Shown here one piece after another: positions 25,636 to 38,947 of a stretch of 64,000 nt of DNA. The notes beneath the pieces were generated by a model. The model saw only the letters and a list, made by a program, of their open reading frames with translations. It searched no databases and had not been told where the DNA came from. The position numbers were made by a program, and so were the translations under genes. This stretch comes from Eledone cirrhosa (Eukaryota), in assembly GCA_964016885.1 (NCBI GenBank), contig OZ024750.1:5332001-5396000 (forward strand), written 5' to 3'. Every line of letters begins with the position of its first letter. Within the stretch, counting starts at the first letter, position 1.

Positions 25636-27408
25636 GTATAATATCACCCTTTCTTTCTCTCTCATACACACACGGACACTCTCTCATCAACACATCCTAC
25701 CTGTTAATCGATTCCACCCCTTTCAAAATGAATTGTGTTTAGCCCTTTCGCCTCGACTCATATATCACATAGATCGGTCTGTTATAACTTCTCTTAACCC
25801 TATTATATTATCATAGTTATTTTATCAACCGATTACACATCCCTCGTATATTGGCCACATTTCTCTCAATTATATATTCTTTTTCCTTAGTGAATTCTTC
25901 CAAATTTATTACGATAAAGGACATAGTTTTCAGTTTGAAATTCGTTTCAGTTATATTCATTTCAACATGTATTATTTTCATTTAGCTACGCAGTTTACCA
26001 TTATAGTAAAAACGGAACTAACCTACCGGTATAATTACACCATACCCATTTGTAATGGATATTTCATGCTTATAGTGTCTATATTGGATACTCTTCCTAC
26101 ATATATGATTCCCCGCCACATGGCAAAGAATATGAAGGTCGTCCTTGATATTTACCGGTCACCGTCTTAAAAGCTTAAAAGTTTTCTCTTTAGAATTAAC
26201 GTTTAATTCTCGACCGCGGCACCCATTTCTTTGTTTTAAATGGGTTAAACCATTTCGACCTTCACTAAGGTTGAAGTATTTATTATCTAGTAAACACGTT
26301 AATATTAGATTACTACTAACAACAAAAGTATAAGTAAAATGGCTGCACGGTTCTCATAACAAACTAATCAAATCTAAATGTGGGTGATCTGATTGATGAA
26401 GGCAACTTGCTATTGAAAGCTCAGTTAATTATATAAGTTCCAACTTTCTCCCTAATAATGCTGGCTACTCGTGCCAATTGCTAATTAATAACAAGATGAC
26501 TTTACTGTTATTCAAAATATAAGAGAAATATTTGCCAATGAAAGCTTTATCGATGTATTTTGGAGTTTTTGTTTTGATAATAATCCCAACTGAAAATTTC
26601 AAGTCACATCTATAGCTTTGTGTCATTTGAAATACTGATCTACAGAAGATCAAAGAGCATAGTTTTATTTTATATTATATTGTGATTGTATTACCTTATA
26701 TTTAGTGTCGAGTGATATTTCAAATCGAAACAATATATACTCTTTATTAACCATCTAACCACATAATCTGTGTTGTAAACAACGTATTTAATTTTATATT
26801 CAACAGATTTGGTAATTGAAACAAATGTTAACTAGCTAAGCAGATTTTTTTTACATATGTGGCCTTCATCAGTTTAAAAATCAATATTCTAAAGTTTACA
26901 AATACGTATGATCTTCGCTAGGTTAAATATGTTATATAATACGATTACATGTTCAATAGTATGGTCATCAACCAATATTTTAATGTCTGGTGTCAACAAT
27001 AGGAAATTGAACGAAGATTAGTATTTATTTGTTAATTCATAGTAACATATAACCAAGAATTTTTTTTTTAATGTAAGGGATCATATTTGTGAATGAAACG
27101 TTCAGCTCTGTTGTAAACGTGAGTTGAGTTTCTAACACCACGTGGGATTCTAGTATCAGGACTATTCCTCCCATTATTTTCTTCTCCAAATTAATTAGCT
27201 AAATGCAATTTTGAAATTAATTGCTTGAATTCTCCTCAGAATTACTTTGTAATTAGGTATGTCCATTTGAAAAGTGTGAAAGAGCGCACTGTGTAAAATA
27301 GTGATGTTGGCGTATATACAGATTGGCTACCAGGCGTAACTACTCGATCTTCAGGACGCCATTTATATATATATATACACACACACACTCACAAATATAT
27401 GTGCCTGG

Positions 27409-27439
<31 letters not shown>

Positions 27440-29390
27440 CGCGTATGTGTGTGTATAATTATATATAAACAGCAGTTCAAGTGGTTGAGCATCGATGACA
27501 ACTTTTATTCCAAAGAGTATTTAATCAATCGTTTTCTTTTTTTTTTTATAGTTAGCCAATCGATAGAGTGCCGGACAAAATGCTTTGCGGTATTTAAATG
27601 CTGATTTCTATGTTCTGAGTTAAAATCCGACCCAGGTTAACTTTACCTTTCCGAGGTCGATTGAATAAAGTACCAACCAAGTACTGCTATTTCTTGCTAG
27701 TCATAAGTGGCGGGGCCTTTAAAATGATACTGGTAGATATTTCATCGACCATTGTCGATACAATAGCCAACAGTTAACTGATTATAACTACTAGTTGAAC
27801 CTATTAGTTTGTGTTGTTATGCCAGCAAATAGAATGTGGTCATAGATATAGTTCTGTTTGTTGAATTCATTCATAACAACCAAACAACATTTCATTGTAA
27901 CAGACTTATTCCTGTTTTGATTAAAGATTCTCCATTAAAAACTTGATTTTGGTGTTTCACGACGTGTTTCGGCGGTATGTTAATTACCAACGGGAATAAA
28001 ATGTATCACTCGACCTTGAGGCATCAAGCTTTTCATTCACGTGTTTGAATATTTTATGTAACACTGTGAACAATTTGTTTTTACTCTCCCCCACTACCCC
28101 GGGTTTCTGTCGACAACATAACCATTGAAATGAGCTTTGTTAAAAATCAGTATTACTGATTCATCGGGGTTCACGAAATTTGTTACGAAACACAATAATT
28201 ATTCATTTAAACGTATCTTAATGCAAGCTTTAAAAATGATTTCTTTTTTTTCTCAAGGAGTTAATTTGTCTATGATCGTGAAAATTAAAGGGTCAGTTTT
28301 TTGTTGAGTTAAGAATGATTGGCACCATAAACCCTTTTAATACAAAACCCTATTGAAACCGTCTTTGTGTCCATGATACAAAACTTTATTTCAAAGTGTT
28401 TATATTTGTCTAAAAACCTCCCATTACAGTTTTATGTAAAACAAAACAAAACCTTTCATAAGAAAGTTGTTTATAATATACCAAATGATGCTCGATACTC
28501 AAAAGAAGATCATCTCTACGTTGGTATGAGTGTAATTACCCCCCACCGGGTACCAAGTAACCATGCTTAAGATGTATATATTATTAAAAAGAAATTTGAA
28601 AATCATAGGTAGTATCTTTAATTAAAAATATGGTAGTAACCTGTCGAACTGCAGTAATAACTAAACACTATTTTGTTAAATTCTCTCATTACGTTCCTTA
28701 TGAACCAGTAATAATAATGTTATATGGTCCTAACCAGTAAAGTAAAGTATATGTAATGTCGACTCGTCGGGATTTCGAACACAAAAACAACTTACAACCA
28801 TCAACAGCAATTACGCAATACACTAAATTGTCAACCAATTACGATTACATATTTGAAAGTGTGTACTTCCGAATTATGTGCAAGAATTTCGCTTTTTCAT
28901 GAATGTTCAGTTTATTCGACCTAAAAAACGTCTCGCCCAACCCAGTGACAGCATGGAGAAAACTAACGTAAAACTGGTTGTGTTTCTATATACGTCGACT
29001 TTTCCTTGTTGGCATGGAGGATACACATATAACACATATATATTATATACATACACACACAATAATTTTAATCAATACACAATAATATCGATCATTGTTG
29101 CTCAAATCATCGCTCAATGAAAAATTGTGAAAAGAACCAATTCAGAACGCACTCGTAAAAGAGTTATTGAGACAACTTATTTAATATCTTGCATAGACAT
29201 AAACTAAAGCATACGGAAAGGGATAGTAAGCTCAATTAACTTACATTGAGTCCTCGTTATGTAAACATAGAGGTACCTTATATTGTTTAAAATACATAGC
29301 AACTGGTCTGCTACGATTAATCGTATACCATCATGAAACTTTGAGTACCAACGAAAAACATGTTCAGTTGTGTATTTTAAGTAAATAAAT

Positions 29391-29596
29391 AAATATATAT
29401 ATGTTATGGTTAAGTAGTGAGTCTTGTTACTCTGGAGTTTCACCTGCGCACATACAGGATCGTCTGACGACCCTGTATGTGAGCAGGTGAAACTCCAAAA
29501 TAACAAGATTTACTACTTAGCCATTAATATATGAATATTTAAACTCTATTTCAGTATTGAGTACTCATTTCTCTCGCCTGTCAACTACATACGGGT
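29391..29596 (+). mobile_element. Foldback element with hammerhead-like motif (Penelope pLTR/retrozyme-like) in mitoferrin intron 1
   Basis: About 60-75-bp imperfect arms with the axis at 29465; CTGACGA-CCTG..CAGG-GAAACTCC; sister copy at 10571-10710. Confidence 0.6.
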
Positions 29597-30252
29597 ACAC
29601 ACACACACACACATACAGAGACATCCATAGATGCTGTCGTAACATTTTGTCAACATTGTAATACCTCGATTAAATAAGTTTTGTTACAAAAAAGAAGAAT
29701 CTGTTAATATATTATAACGATAATAATGACTGAAAAGTTTAAACGTCAGAGACATTGAAGGGAGACTATCAACGTTGATTATTTGATAAATATTTCTCAA
29801 GAAGTAGGAGTGTTTGTCACACAAGATAGATACATTGTTACAATTTTACAGTTTCATTCATGTAAAACAATCTCGTATTATAGGAGTGTCATTTTTTATT
29901 TGTCTATATTTGGAGTTCCTTTTATTAGCTAATCTCTTTTTATGGTAACTTATTACTGATCATGTTGGAAAATTAAACATTTATCAAATGTTGTGTCGTC
30001 ATATATTTAAGAATCAACCACAGGTTGTAATATTGAAAATATCCTGTTTTATTGTAAATATCCTGTTATATAATTAGTTAGTATTGGTTACTATTCAGGA
30101 AAAGAAAGTGTAAATATGTGTTTTTACGTAATTTCAATGCTTGGAAATTTTAAGTGACTTGGTAAATTCACTTGTTGCTCATATAAATTTGACGATTACA
30201 CCAAAAGGGATTATCGACTCGGTTGTAAGTTGTCAATCCTAGAAACTTCATC

Positions 30253-30417
30253 TATATATAATTGCTGGTACTTCTATATAATTGCTGGTACTTCTATATA
30301 ATTGCTGGTACTTCTATATAATTGCTGGTACTTCTATATAATTGCTGGTACTTCTATATATTTGCTGGTACTTCTATATATTTGCTGGTACTTCTATATA
30401 TTTGCTGGTACTTCTAC
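30253..30417. repeat. 20-bp minisatellite, about 8 copies
   Basis: (A/T)TTGCTGGTACTTCTATATA repeated. Confidence 0.97.
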
Positions 30418-32529
30418 AGTTACAAACATTTTGTTGTTACGACGTTGCCAGAGTGTTACAAGCTGCATTCTTTATGACTGAAATTGACTTAAAACATTGT
30501 TACATTTGGGAGAGGGTCACGTTGTTATAATATTGCCAGAAATATATAGTAAAACACACTCAATGTTTGGTTTGACTTGAAACCTTTTTCGAATTATAGG
30601 GGACACAACGAAGTTTGAAGTTAAGTTATAAAGCATATTAACGACAAAAAGACAAAAGGTTTACTGACGATAAAAGGAATCCGTTCAGCTGACTTATTCA
30701 ATGTATACACATTTATAACATTTCACAATCAACACAATTGTGATAAAACATGGAGAGAAAGAGACAGTGTGAATGTTATAATTGTGTGTGCGTGTGTGTG
30801 TGTGTGTGTAAATCTATTAGAATATTAAGGAATGTTTATAAATGAGAAATATTTTTGTATAAACAAGTTTAGATTAATTTAGTTGGTGGAGCTGCTGTTT
30901 TTATGGAATATATATAAAAATGATGGTGATGATGGGTGCGTTAGATTAATCCTGATTAAGTAGACAAACCTGTTAGCGTTTCAACCCTGACCATCTTACC
31001 TAGTTTCCAGATATAAATGTATCTACGGCTACATTAACTGATGACAGTAGGAAGAGTCCTAGGGGAGATTTGGCTGCAATTTCCATTAGTTACGATTTTC
31101 TAAAAATTATAACTCTGTGAGTAAAGTGTAATGCTGGTTTATGTTTCGTGTATGTAATTTTGCTTTCCACCCTTCTTGGGTTAATAAAAGTACCCGTCGG
31201 GTACTGAGAATTGTTATATTCAACTGTTCTTCTCCCGTCAAATGTTTTGCCCTGTGTATATGCTAGAAATTATTAATATATGAAATAATTATGGTTATTT
31301 TTACTCTCAAGTGTTGCTGCCATGAAAAATGCAGCCAGTACACTCTTTAAAGTGGTTGGCATTAGGAAGAGCATCTACCTGTAGAAGCGAGGGTAAACAA
31401 AGAGTTGAGAAGACACTTCAGTTGTGTCAAAGGAAAAAAAAAAACCTCCCTAGTGCTAATCTCATGATAAAATGCACCCAGTACACTCTGTAAAGTGCTG
31501 GAAAATATGTAAGCAAAACATGGCCCCTAGCCCATATGAGAGGTCAATAACTCTGATTAACCTACACCAGCATGGAAAGTCAGACAATGATGATGTTGAG
31601 AATAGGATAGTTTCAGAGCATCCTCTTTTCCAAAGTGAATTAGGTCAATGTTATTAGGATATGTTTAGTTACAAATTCTTTTGCTTTGAAGGAAACTAGA
31701 AAAAAAAATTCACAAAATCCTATTGTTGCAGGAATGCCAAAAGTAATATTGAAACAAGTGTTATCCTTTAATCTTCTTTTATTATGTAATGATAATTATT
31801 TTAAGAAAATCACTCGGCATTAGAAAGAAAAGTTGATCAACAAGATCCCAGACTGCACTTGCTTGCCGAGTGGGGTGGACTTTATCAAATTGAACAAAGA
31901 AATTGTTTCCATTTCTGATACTATCTACCGGTTGCAACTCCTGGCAGAATGAGCAACATGAAATAAAATGTGTTTCTTAAGGACACAACACAGCCTGGGC
32001 CGTGAATCGTACTTGCAACCTCATGATTGCAAATCTAATTTTGTAACTACTAAGCCATGCACCTCAACATTGAGTTTGATCCACTATCAGCTGAACATAA
32101 TCATCATTTAACATTTATTTCCCCTGTTGTTATGGGTTTAATGAATTGTGATGTACTGGTCAGGTGACTACGTTTTGCTTTATGCTCTGTTTCGGGCAAG
32201 TTATACATAAATAATTTTCCTATAGTATTCACACTTTAAACTCCTGATATTTAATGGAGTTGGATCTATCTCCACCAGTATGAAAGGTCAAGGATTCAAG
32301 GATCATTTGTACTGTAAAATTGAAGTTTTCATCTTGGTGAAGCAGTCAATTAAACAATTTAATCAATAGAATTTCATGAGTCTATTTCTGTACTTTGCAA
32401 TTAATAAGGACAGAAAAATGCAGTGGGATCTCTGGCAAGCTGACAGAACCAGGCTATAAAAAAAAAGTGATATTATGCAGTTAGTAGTAATATGGTGTAT
32501 TTAATAAACTACTTGGTTGGTTTGGTAGA

Positions 32530-32825
32530 AATGAGAGGCAGTTGTAGAGAGAATATAACGACTAGAGGTGGTTGTAGTGAGAGTATAGTAACTAGAGGTA
32601 GTTGTAGTGAGAGTATAATGGTTAGAGGCAGTTGTAGTGAGAGTATAGTAACTAGAGGTGGTTGTAGTGAGAGTATAATGGTTACAGGTAGTTGTAGTGA
32701 AGAGTATAATGGTTACAGGTAGTTGTAGTGAAGAGTATAATGACTAGAGGTGGTTGTAGTGAAAGTATAGTGACTACAGGCTGTTCTAATGAGAGCATAA
32801 TGGTTAGAGGTGGTTGTTGTGAGTA
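32530..32825. repeat. About 30-bp diverged minisatellite, about 10 copies
   Basis: GTTGTAGTGAGAGTATAATGGTTAGAGG(C/T)A-like units. Confidence 0.9.
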
Positions 32826-33656
32826 GTGATGGTAGTAAAACCTGATCATTGATTGTGAAGACAGGAGGATGGAAGTGAGTTCTATATGACCAGTTGACTG
32901 CAATGTTAACTGTAAGGTAGAGCACAAGCTGAAAAAGTGGCTACACTTTAACATTTTTGATACCAACCTGCCTGAAACTGCTGTTTATTTTGAAGTATTT
33001 ATATTTATCCAAAAACCTTCCATCATAATTTTATGTATGATCCTTTGTTAAGTTATATTCCAAACACCAACTTCATGAGAAAGTTAGTTATATAACTAAA
33101 TCCTTCCCCCCCAAAACCTATCATAATTTTATATACGAACCTGTGTTAACCCTTTAGCGTTTTAACTGGCCATATCCAGGTGGATCAGTTGGAGACAATT
33201 GCTTCTGTCAGGATCTGCTGGAAGGAAGTGGTTGAGGACTGGCCTCCACGACCCTCTCAGGAATAAGTAGGTGAAGAGAAGGTTGCACTTCTTGACACCA
33301 GCCTTTCGGTGTCTTCTTATGGCTTGTAGAGATATAGTGTACGTATTCTAAACGGGATACATACATATTATTATAATTTAATAATGGATGCAGCAACTTG
33401 ACATCAGATAGAATGCTTTGCAGTATTTGTTCTGACTCTCTTGCTCTCTGAGTTCAAATCCCACCGAGGTCAACTTTGCTTTTCATCCTTTCCAAGTCAA
33501 TAAAAAAGTACCAGTCTAGTACTGGGGTCAGTTCTTCCTCTATATCTCTTACTCACTTCCATTTTCACTCTCTTTATCCTTCTCTGGAAAAAATCTGCTG
33601 CATTCAGACCTGGAGAGGAGATGGACTTTGTCAGGTTTTATAAAATGCCCTAGAAA

Positions 33657-33775
33657 CGCTGTATGTCAATACAGCGCTCCTACGACTCCCTCAGGAGCGC
33701 TGTATGTCAATATAGAGCCCCTATGACTCCCTCAGGAGCGCTGTATGCCAATACAGCGCCCCTATGACTCAGGAG
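33657..33775. repeat. 41-bp tandem repeat x3, each unit a GC-rich hairpin
   Basis: AGGAGCGCTGTAT-GTCA-ATACAGCGC(T/C)CCT-A(C/T)GACTCCCTC. Confidence 0.9.
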
Positions 33776-33842
33776 TCACGAGGCCCATGCATACATACTT
33801 GAATTTAAAGTAAATTTTATAAATTTCCCATGTTTTGAGTAG

Positions 33843-34056
33843 TTAACCCTTTAGCATTTAAACCTGCCATATCCGGCCAGAATTCTCTCACCTTTCAGTT
33901 CAAACAAGCCGTAACTGGCCACTCATACTGATGTTAAGGTATTGTTCTCAAAATAAATAATATTAAAATCTCATAGTTTCAATATTATGTGAGATAAAGC
34001 CTTTACTGCGAAAATACAATAGTATATATAGAGTAATGTAAATGCTAAAGGGTTAA
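33843..34056. mobile_element. piggyBac-type MITE, nested in an older foldback element
   Basis: TTAA-CCCTTTAGCATTTA...TAAATGCTAAAGGG-TTAA with matching TIRs. Confidence 0.88.
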
Positions 34057-36461
34057 TCAACAAACCAAGCTGTCAATAATATTATTTGCTCATCTAATAT
34101 ACTCCAGTAATTATTAGAGCGTATTAGAATATTAAATGAAGCAAATAACATGATCGACAGCTTGCTTTGTTGATTGACCACTCAAAAAAACACAGGAAAT
34201 TTAACAATCCTTACTATCTATACAAAAATTTGAGTTTTCGTTGGTGCAACAGTACTAAATTTGCATTTTGTTTGATACAATGTTGCACTAATATATACTT
34301 CAGTACAAAATAACAAATATACCCAGTTGACATTAGTTCTTTTATAACTACAGATTTGGGAGTGTTTTGAAAACATTGTATTGTTATATAAATGTCTGTA
34401 CTCTTGCCTGTCAAGTAATGGTGTTGTGAGATGGTATGTACTTTAACCTATTAAATGATGGTGTTGTGAAATGTAATGTACTCTATCGAGTCTGGTAGAA
34501 ATAAAAGTAAGAACCTTTACAGATAAAGTGTTATGCTATCACAAATATACTCAACGCGCTATTGGTCCGTTAGTGCTAAGATCCTGAATTAAAAACTCGA
34601 CCTATTTTTTAACAAGTTCTCAGATTCACTTAAAAAGAAAAGAAAATTTCTTATCTGAGGTCATTGATAGTTTTAATGATTTCTTTGGTCAGAACTATGT
34701 TAATATGCTACATAGACTGTATAGTTTATCTGGGAGTAAAGGGAAGATTGTGAGAAATTTCACATCACATCCACTCCCCCTCCACTACCACCACCACCAT
34801 CACCACCACCATCATAAAAGCAATTATTATCATCAAGTGTTTAACATCTATTTTTATAGGTTTGCATGGGTTGAGTTGTCATGTGAGACTGGACAGTTCT
34901 GGTGACCACATCATAATATTAAGCTTTCCATGCTGGCATGGGTTAGACAAAAAAGTGGGGTTTATGTGTCGTCGTATTCTCGCATGTGTTGGACGAGCAA
35001 AGTAAGGATGAAGGATGTGTGTAGAGGTGGGATGGGGAAGCATTAAGCTGGAGGAAGCTGTACGAGAGAGAAACTGGTGCATACTGGCAGGCAGGGACTT
35101 AAATGTCTTCTTTGCTATTGCCTTCTTCATGGTTGTTTTATCGTGCATGCATGTCAACTAAATCCTGTGTCCTCTTCTTGGTGAGTTCTGCCTTCACCAT
35201 ATCATCCCAACCTTTCCCAAGTCCTCTCCTTTTCCTGTGCACCTCATAAAAATAATTCTCTGTGTCTGTTAGAATTATTCAACTGAAAAAGGTTGGTGTT
35301 AGGAAGCGTATCCGGTTGTAAAACACTTTAAATGTCTTTTCCAACCCATGCCTGCATGGAAACAATGTAAAAACAATGATCATGGTGACGACACTAGCAG
35401 TTAATATCTGTTTATCTCTACTAGCAATGGTTTATTGTATGAAAAGTAAATTCTTGGTTATAATGTAACAGTATATATCAAATGACAATATATTTATAAT
35501 AATATAGTTATAATAATCTTTTGTATAGTTACAGTTATAGTGTATATATATATATATATATATACACATACATACATACATCTACGTAAACAAGATAGTT
35601 ATTGCTCCAACCATCCATAACTACCCTATATATATACATACACATACATTACATATATATATATACACTATATTCATTACATATATATATATATGTATAT
35701 AATAAATGCATTTGTATGACTCCATTTTTTCATTACTGCGTAGATGTTGGAGAAAAAAAATTTTGGTTATTTTTATCATGGATTAGTTGAGAACTTTTGA
35801 ACTTTATAAAAGGATTTGGAATGGAGTAACATCAAGTGCTGAGATTCTGTAAATGTAATGATATCAGTATAGGTATAGCGAAGTTTTCTTTGTTCGAGTC
35901 CCTTTTCTTTTTTTTAAATACCTGTGCTCTTATATGTCATACATATCTGCTTGATGAGCTCCCAGCACTTTTTTTCTAGTATAGTTTGTGTGCATTAGTA
36001 CATTGTTTTAATAGTTGAGTGCCCTTCACATTATAAATCACTCAACTCTGATCATAAATGGTTGTTCAACTTGCAATGTTATTTGTACAGCTGTGATTTT
36101 AATTCTATGAATAACTGAAGTGGCTTTCAACCAAGTTTAACTCTTCTTTTTACAAATTAGATATTTTAAGCTTGACATTTTGATTTGAAACAAAATATAT
36201 ATATATGCATAAAATAATTGTTTATATGTTTGAATTAAATATTTTTATATAATATATGTATATTTTTAATTACTAGAAAATGTATGAATTATAAATAATA
36301 TTTTTCTTCTGTTCAAAATTTGTTCATAGTTTTCTATAATTAGGACATAAATTCTTAATATAGAATTTTAGTGATTTGTCTAATCTTTCATTTAAAATAA
36401 TCATTGGTTTCTTATGGAGCTACTTGAATGAAAATGCCTCTTTTTTTTTCTCTTTTTGTAG

Positions 36462-36681
36462 ACAAGGATGCAAGCTTTAAGGCCTGATCCACAAGCTCGA
36501 TATAAAGGTGTTGTAGATGGCTTGTACAAAATGTTACATTTAGAAGGTTTCCGAAACACAGTCCGTGGAATAAGTGCTGTTGTAGGTGGTGCAGCTCCAG
36601 CTCATGCCATGTATTTTAGCTGTTATGAACATATTAAATGGAAGATGGCAATAAGTGGCAGCAACCAGCAGTTGGCAAATT
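36462..36681 (+). CDS. SLC25A37: Mitoferrin coding exon 2
   Basis: Polypyrimidine tract + TAG acceptor; TRMQALRPDPQARYKGVVDGL...GAAPAHAMYFSCYE...; donor GTAAGA at 36682, phase 1. Confidence 0.95.
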
Positions 36682-37090
36682 GTAAGACATTTTTTCATCT
36701 TTCATAAATTTTATCCGCAAGTTATAACTTTGGCATACTACAAACCTAAATCTTGGATAATGTAGTTGTTTTTGAAAGCTGAACTCTTCAGTGATGAGAG
36801 AATCACTGTGTGGATGTACACTATCATAGACAATTAAGCATGAAAAATTACAAATATTATATAATTACTTAGAAACACCATCTGCATGAAAAACAACAGT
36901 TAAGTTGGTGTTATTAATAAGAGTTGAAATTAATGCATGTAAGATTTCACAACTCTAGCATCAATCCTTCAGTGTCAACTCTTGTATTAATTCGTACCAG
37001 CATAGAGAAATGGATATAAAATGATGATTAACGATGACATAAAGTGCAATTTAGAGGCAAATTTTGATAATGTTTATTTTTACTTTTCAG

Positions 37091-37147
37091 TTGTTGCTGC
37101 TTTGGGAGCAACCATTCTGCATGATGCTGTAATGAACCCAGCTGATG
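37091..37147 (+). CDS. SLC25A37: Mitoferrin coding exon 3 (57 nt, not in ORF track)
   Basis: TTTTCAG acceptor; encodes (F)VAALGATILHDAVMNPAD, matching the conserved ATxxHDAVMNPA motif; GTAAGC donor; phases join exons 2 and 4. Confidence 0.93.
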
Positions 37148-37169
37148 GTAAGCACTATTTATTGTTACA

Positions 37170-37335
37170 TCCCTTTATGTTCTGAGTTCAAATCCTGCCG
37201 AAGTTAACCTTGCTTTTCATCCTAACGAGGGGTCGATAAAATAAAGTACCAGTAATGCACTGGGGTCAATTTAATCGACTTTCGCTCTTCCCTCCCAAAA
37301 TTGTTGCTGTTGTGTCTAAATCGGAAACCATCATT
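37170..37335 (+). mobile_element. 5'-truncated SINE family A copy about 22 nt after the mitoferrin exon 3 donor
   Basis: GAGTTCAAATCCTGCCGAAGTTAAC...GGGGTCGATAAAATAAAGTACCAG. Confidence 0.85.
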
Positions 37336-38396
37336 TATTGTTGATAGATATTTAGAGGCTTTATTTGAGAATCAGAAGACTATATATCTACATATAACAA
37401 AAGGTAACTAAAGGGGTTGGCATTAGGAATGGCTTCCAGTCATAGAAACTGTTTCAAAAGGTTCCAGCCAGCCAATGCCAACATGGAAAAGCAAATGCTA
37501 AAATGAGGATGGTGGTGGTTATTATATTTCCATGCTTTTATTGAGTGTGTCTTCTCTAGTACAGCTGGCTTCTCACCACCCCCATTTAAGTCTTCCTCTT
37601 CTCTAGCACAGCTTCCCTGCACTTGTGTTTTTTTGTCATCTCCTCTGTGAGTTTCAACATGTTGAGATTAGCTCTCACCATCCCCACTCAGGCCTTCCTC
37701 TTCTCCAGCATAGCTTCCCTCCAAGAATCTGTGTATATTGTCATGGGAGATGTTTTAGTTGTAGAAAGTAGGTTTCAGATAAAACTTCTTCTTAGTCATG
37801 TAACTCCTGGTGGAGTTGTAGAGGCGCCATAGTGACATAAGGCATTTCCTGGGCATTTTAAGCCTGGCAGAGCCCATCTCGAAACACATGTAGAAGTATT
37901 AAAAAAAATCACACATACAAAATATGTTGATGGAGAAGGGACATAACTCTTTAGCTTGTAAGTGAAAACCTGTTACCAGAGTAGTTAGAACATGTTAGGC
38001 AAGTTAAATCCATTTCTCTCCAAACTGCCCACTAAACTCAGCACTGAAATATTAGCTTTTCTATGAGTACATCTCTTCATTAGTCATATAAAGTAAACCA
38101 CAAATATGTCAATAGTACTGTAGGATTGTGTTAGTTTGAGGAAGGAAGGAAATCTACTAGGATCTATTTGACTATACCCTTTCTCTACAGATTTATAATC
38201 CTGTGTCAATGTAAAATATTTATATAATGTCTAACCCATGCTAGCGTGGAAAATGGATGTTAAACGAAGAGGATGATGATGAATGTAGTAAGTGTTCTTC
38301 AGATTGTATCACAATTTATTAATGTTTTGTTTTTCAATTTTCTTTTTCATTTTCATCAACTCCTGAAATGCTGACACCGTGATGTTCATCTCAAAG

Positions 38397-38947
38397 TGAT
38401 TAAACAAAGAATGCAAATGTTCAATAGTCCGTATCGGAACTGCTCTCACTGTATTTTTGTCATTTTGAAGAAGGAAGGTGTACGAGCCTTTTACCGTAGT
38501 TATCCAACTCAGCTAACTATGAATGTCCCCTTCCAAGTGATCCACTTCATGACATATGACTATTCACAAGATATATTTAACAAGGAACGTAAATATGATC
38601 CTAAATCTCACATGGCATCTGGTGCATTAGCTGGTGCCTTAGCAGCCGTTCTTACTATGCCTCTAGATGTTTGCAAGACTTTACTGAACACTCAAGAACA
38701 TTGTGCAAGAATACATTCACCTTATATCTCAGGTTTGGGTACAGCCTTTCGGACTATCTACGAATATCGCGGATTGCGTGGTTACTTCCGAGGTGTTGTA
38801 GCTAGAGTCATATTCCAGATACCAGCCACTGCTATTTCGTGGTCGGTATATGAATTTTTTAAGTTTTTCATCTCTCAAAAAACAAATGAGAAGTATTTCA
38901 CTTCGCAGAAAGTTAACCAGATTCCAGTTCATGCTTCATCAAGGTGA
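38397..38947 (+). CDS. SLC25A37: Mitoferrin coding exon 4 (to stop); spliced CDS 1023 nt = 340 aa
   Basis: (V)[12 protein letters not shown]...[17 protein letters not shown]...[15 protein letters not shown]...[14 protein letters not shown]; TGA ends at 38947. Confidence 0.95.

Noticed and set aside
32492-32966. Repetitive ORF (RGSCSESI)n
   Set aside because: Product of a 30-bp intronic minisatellite with frameshifting units
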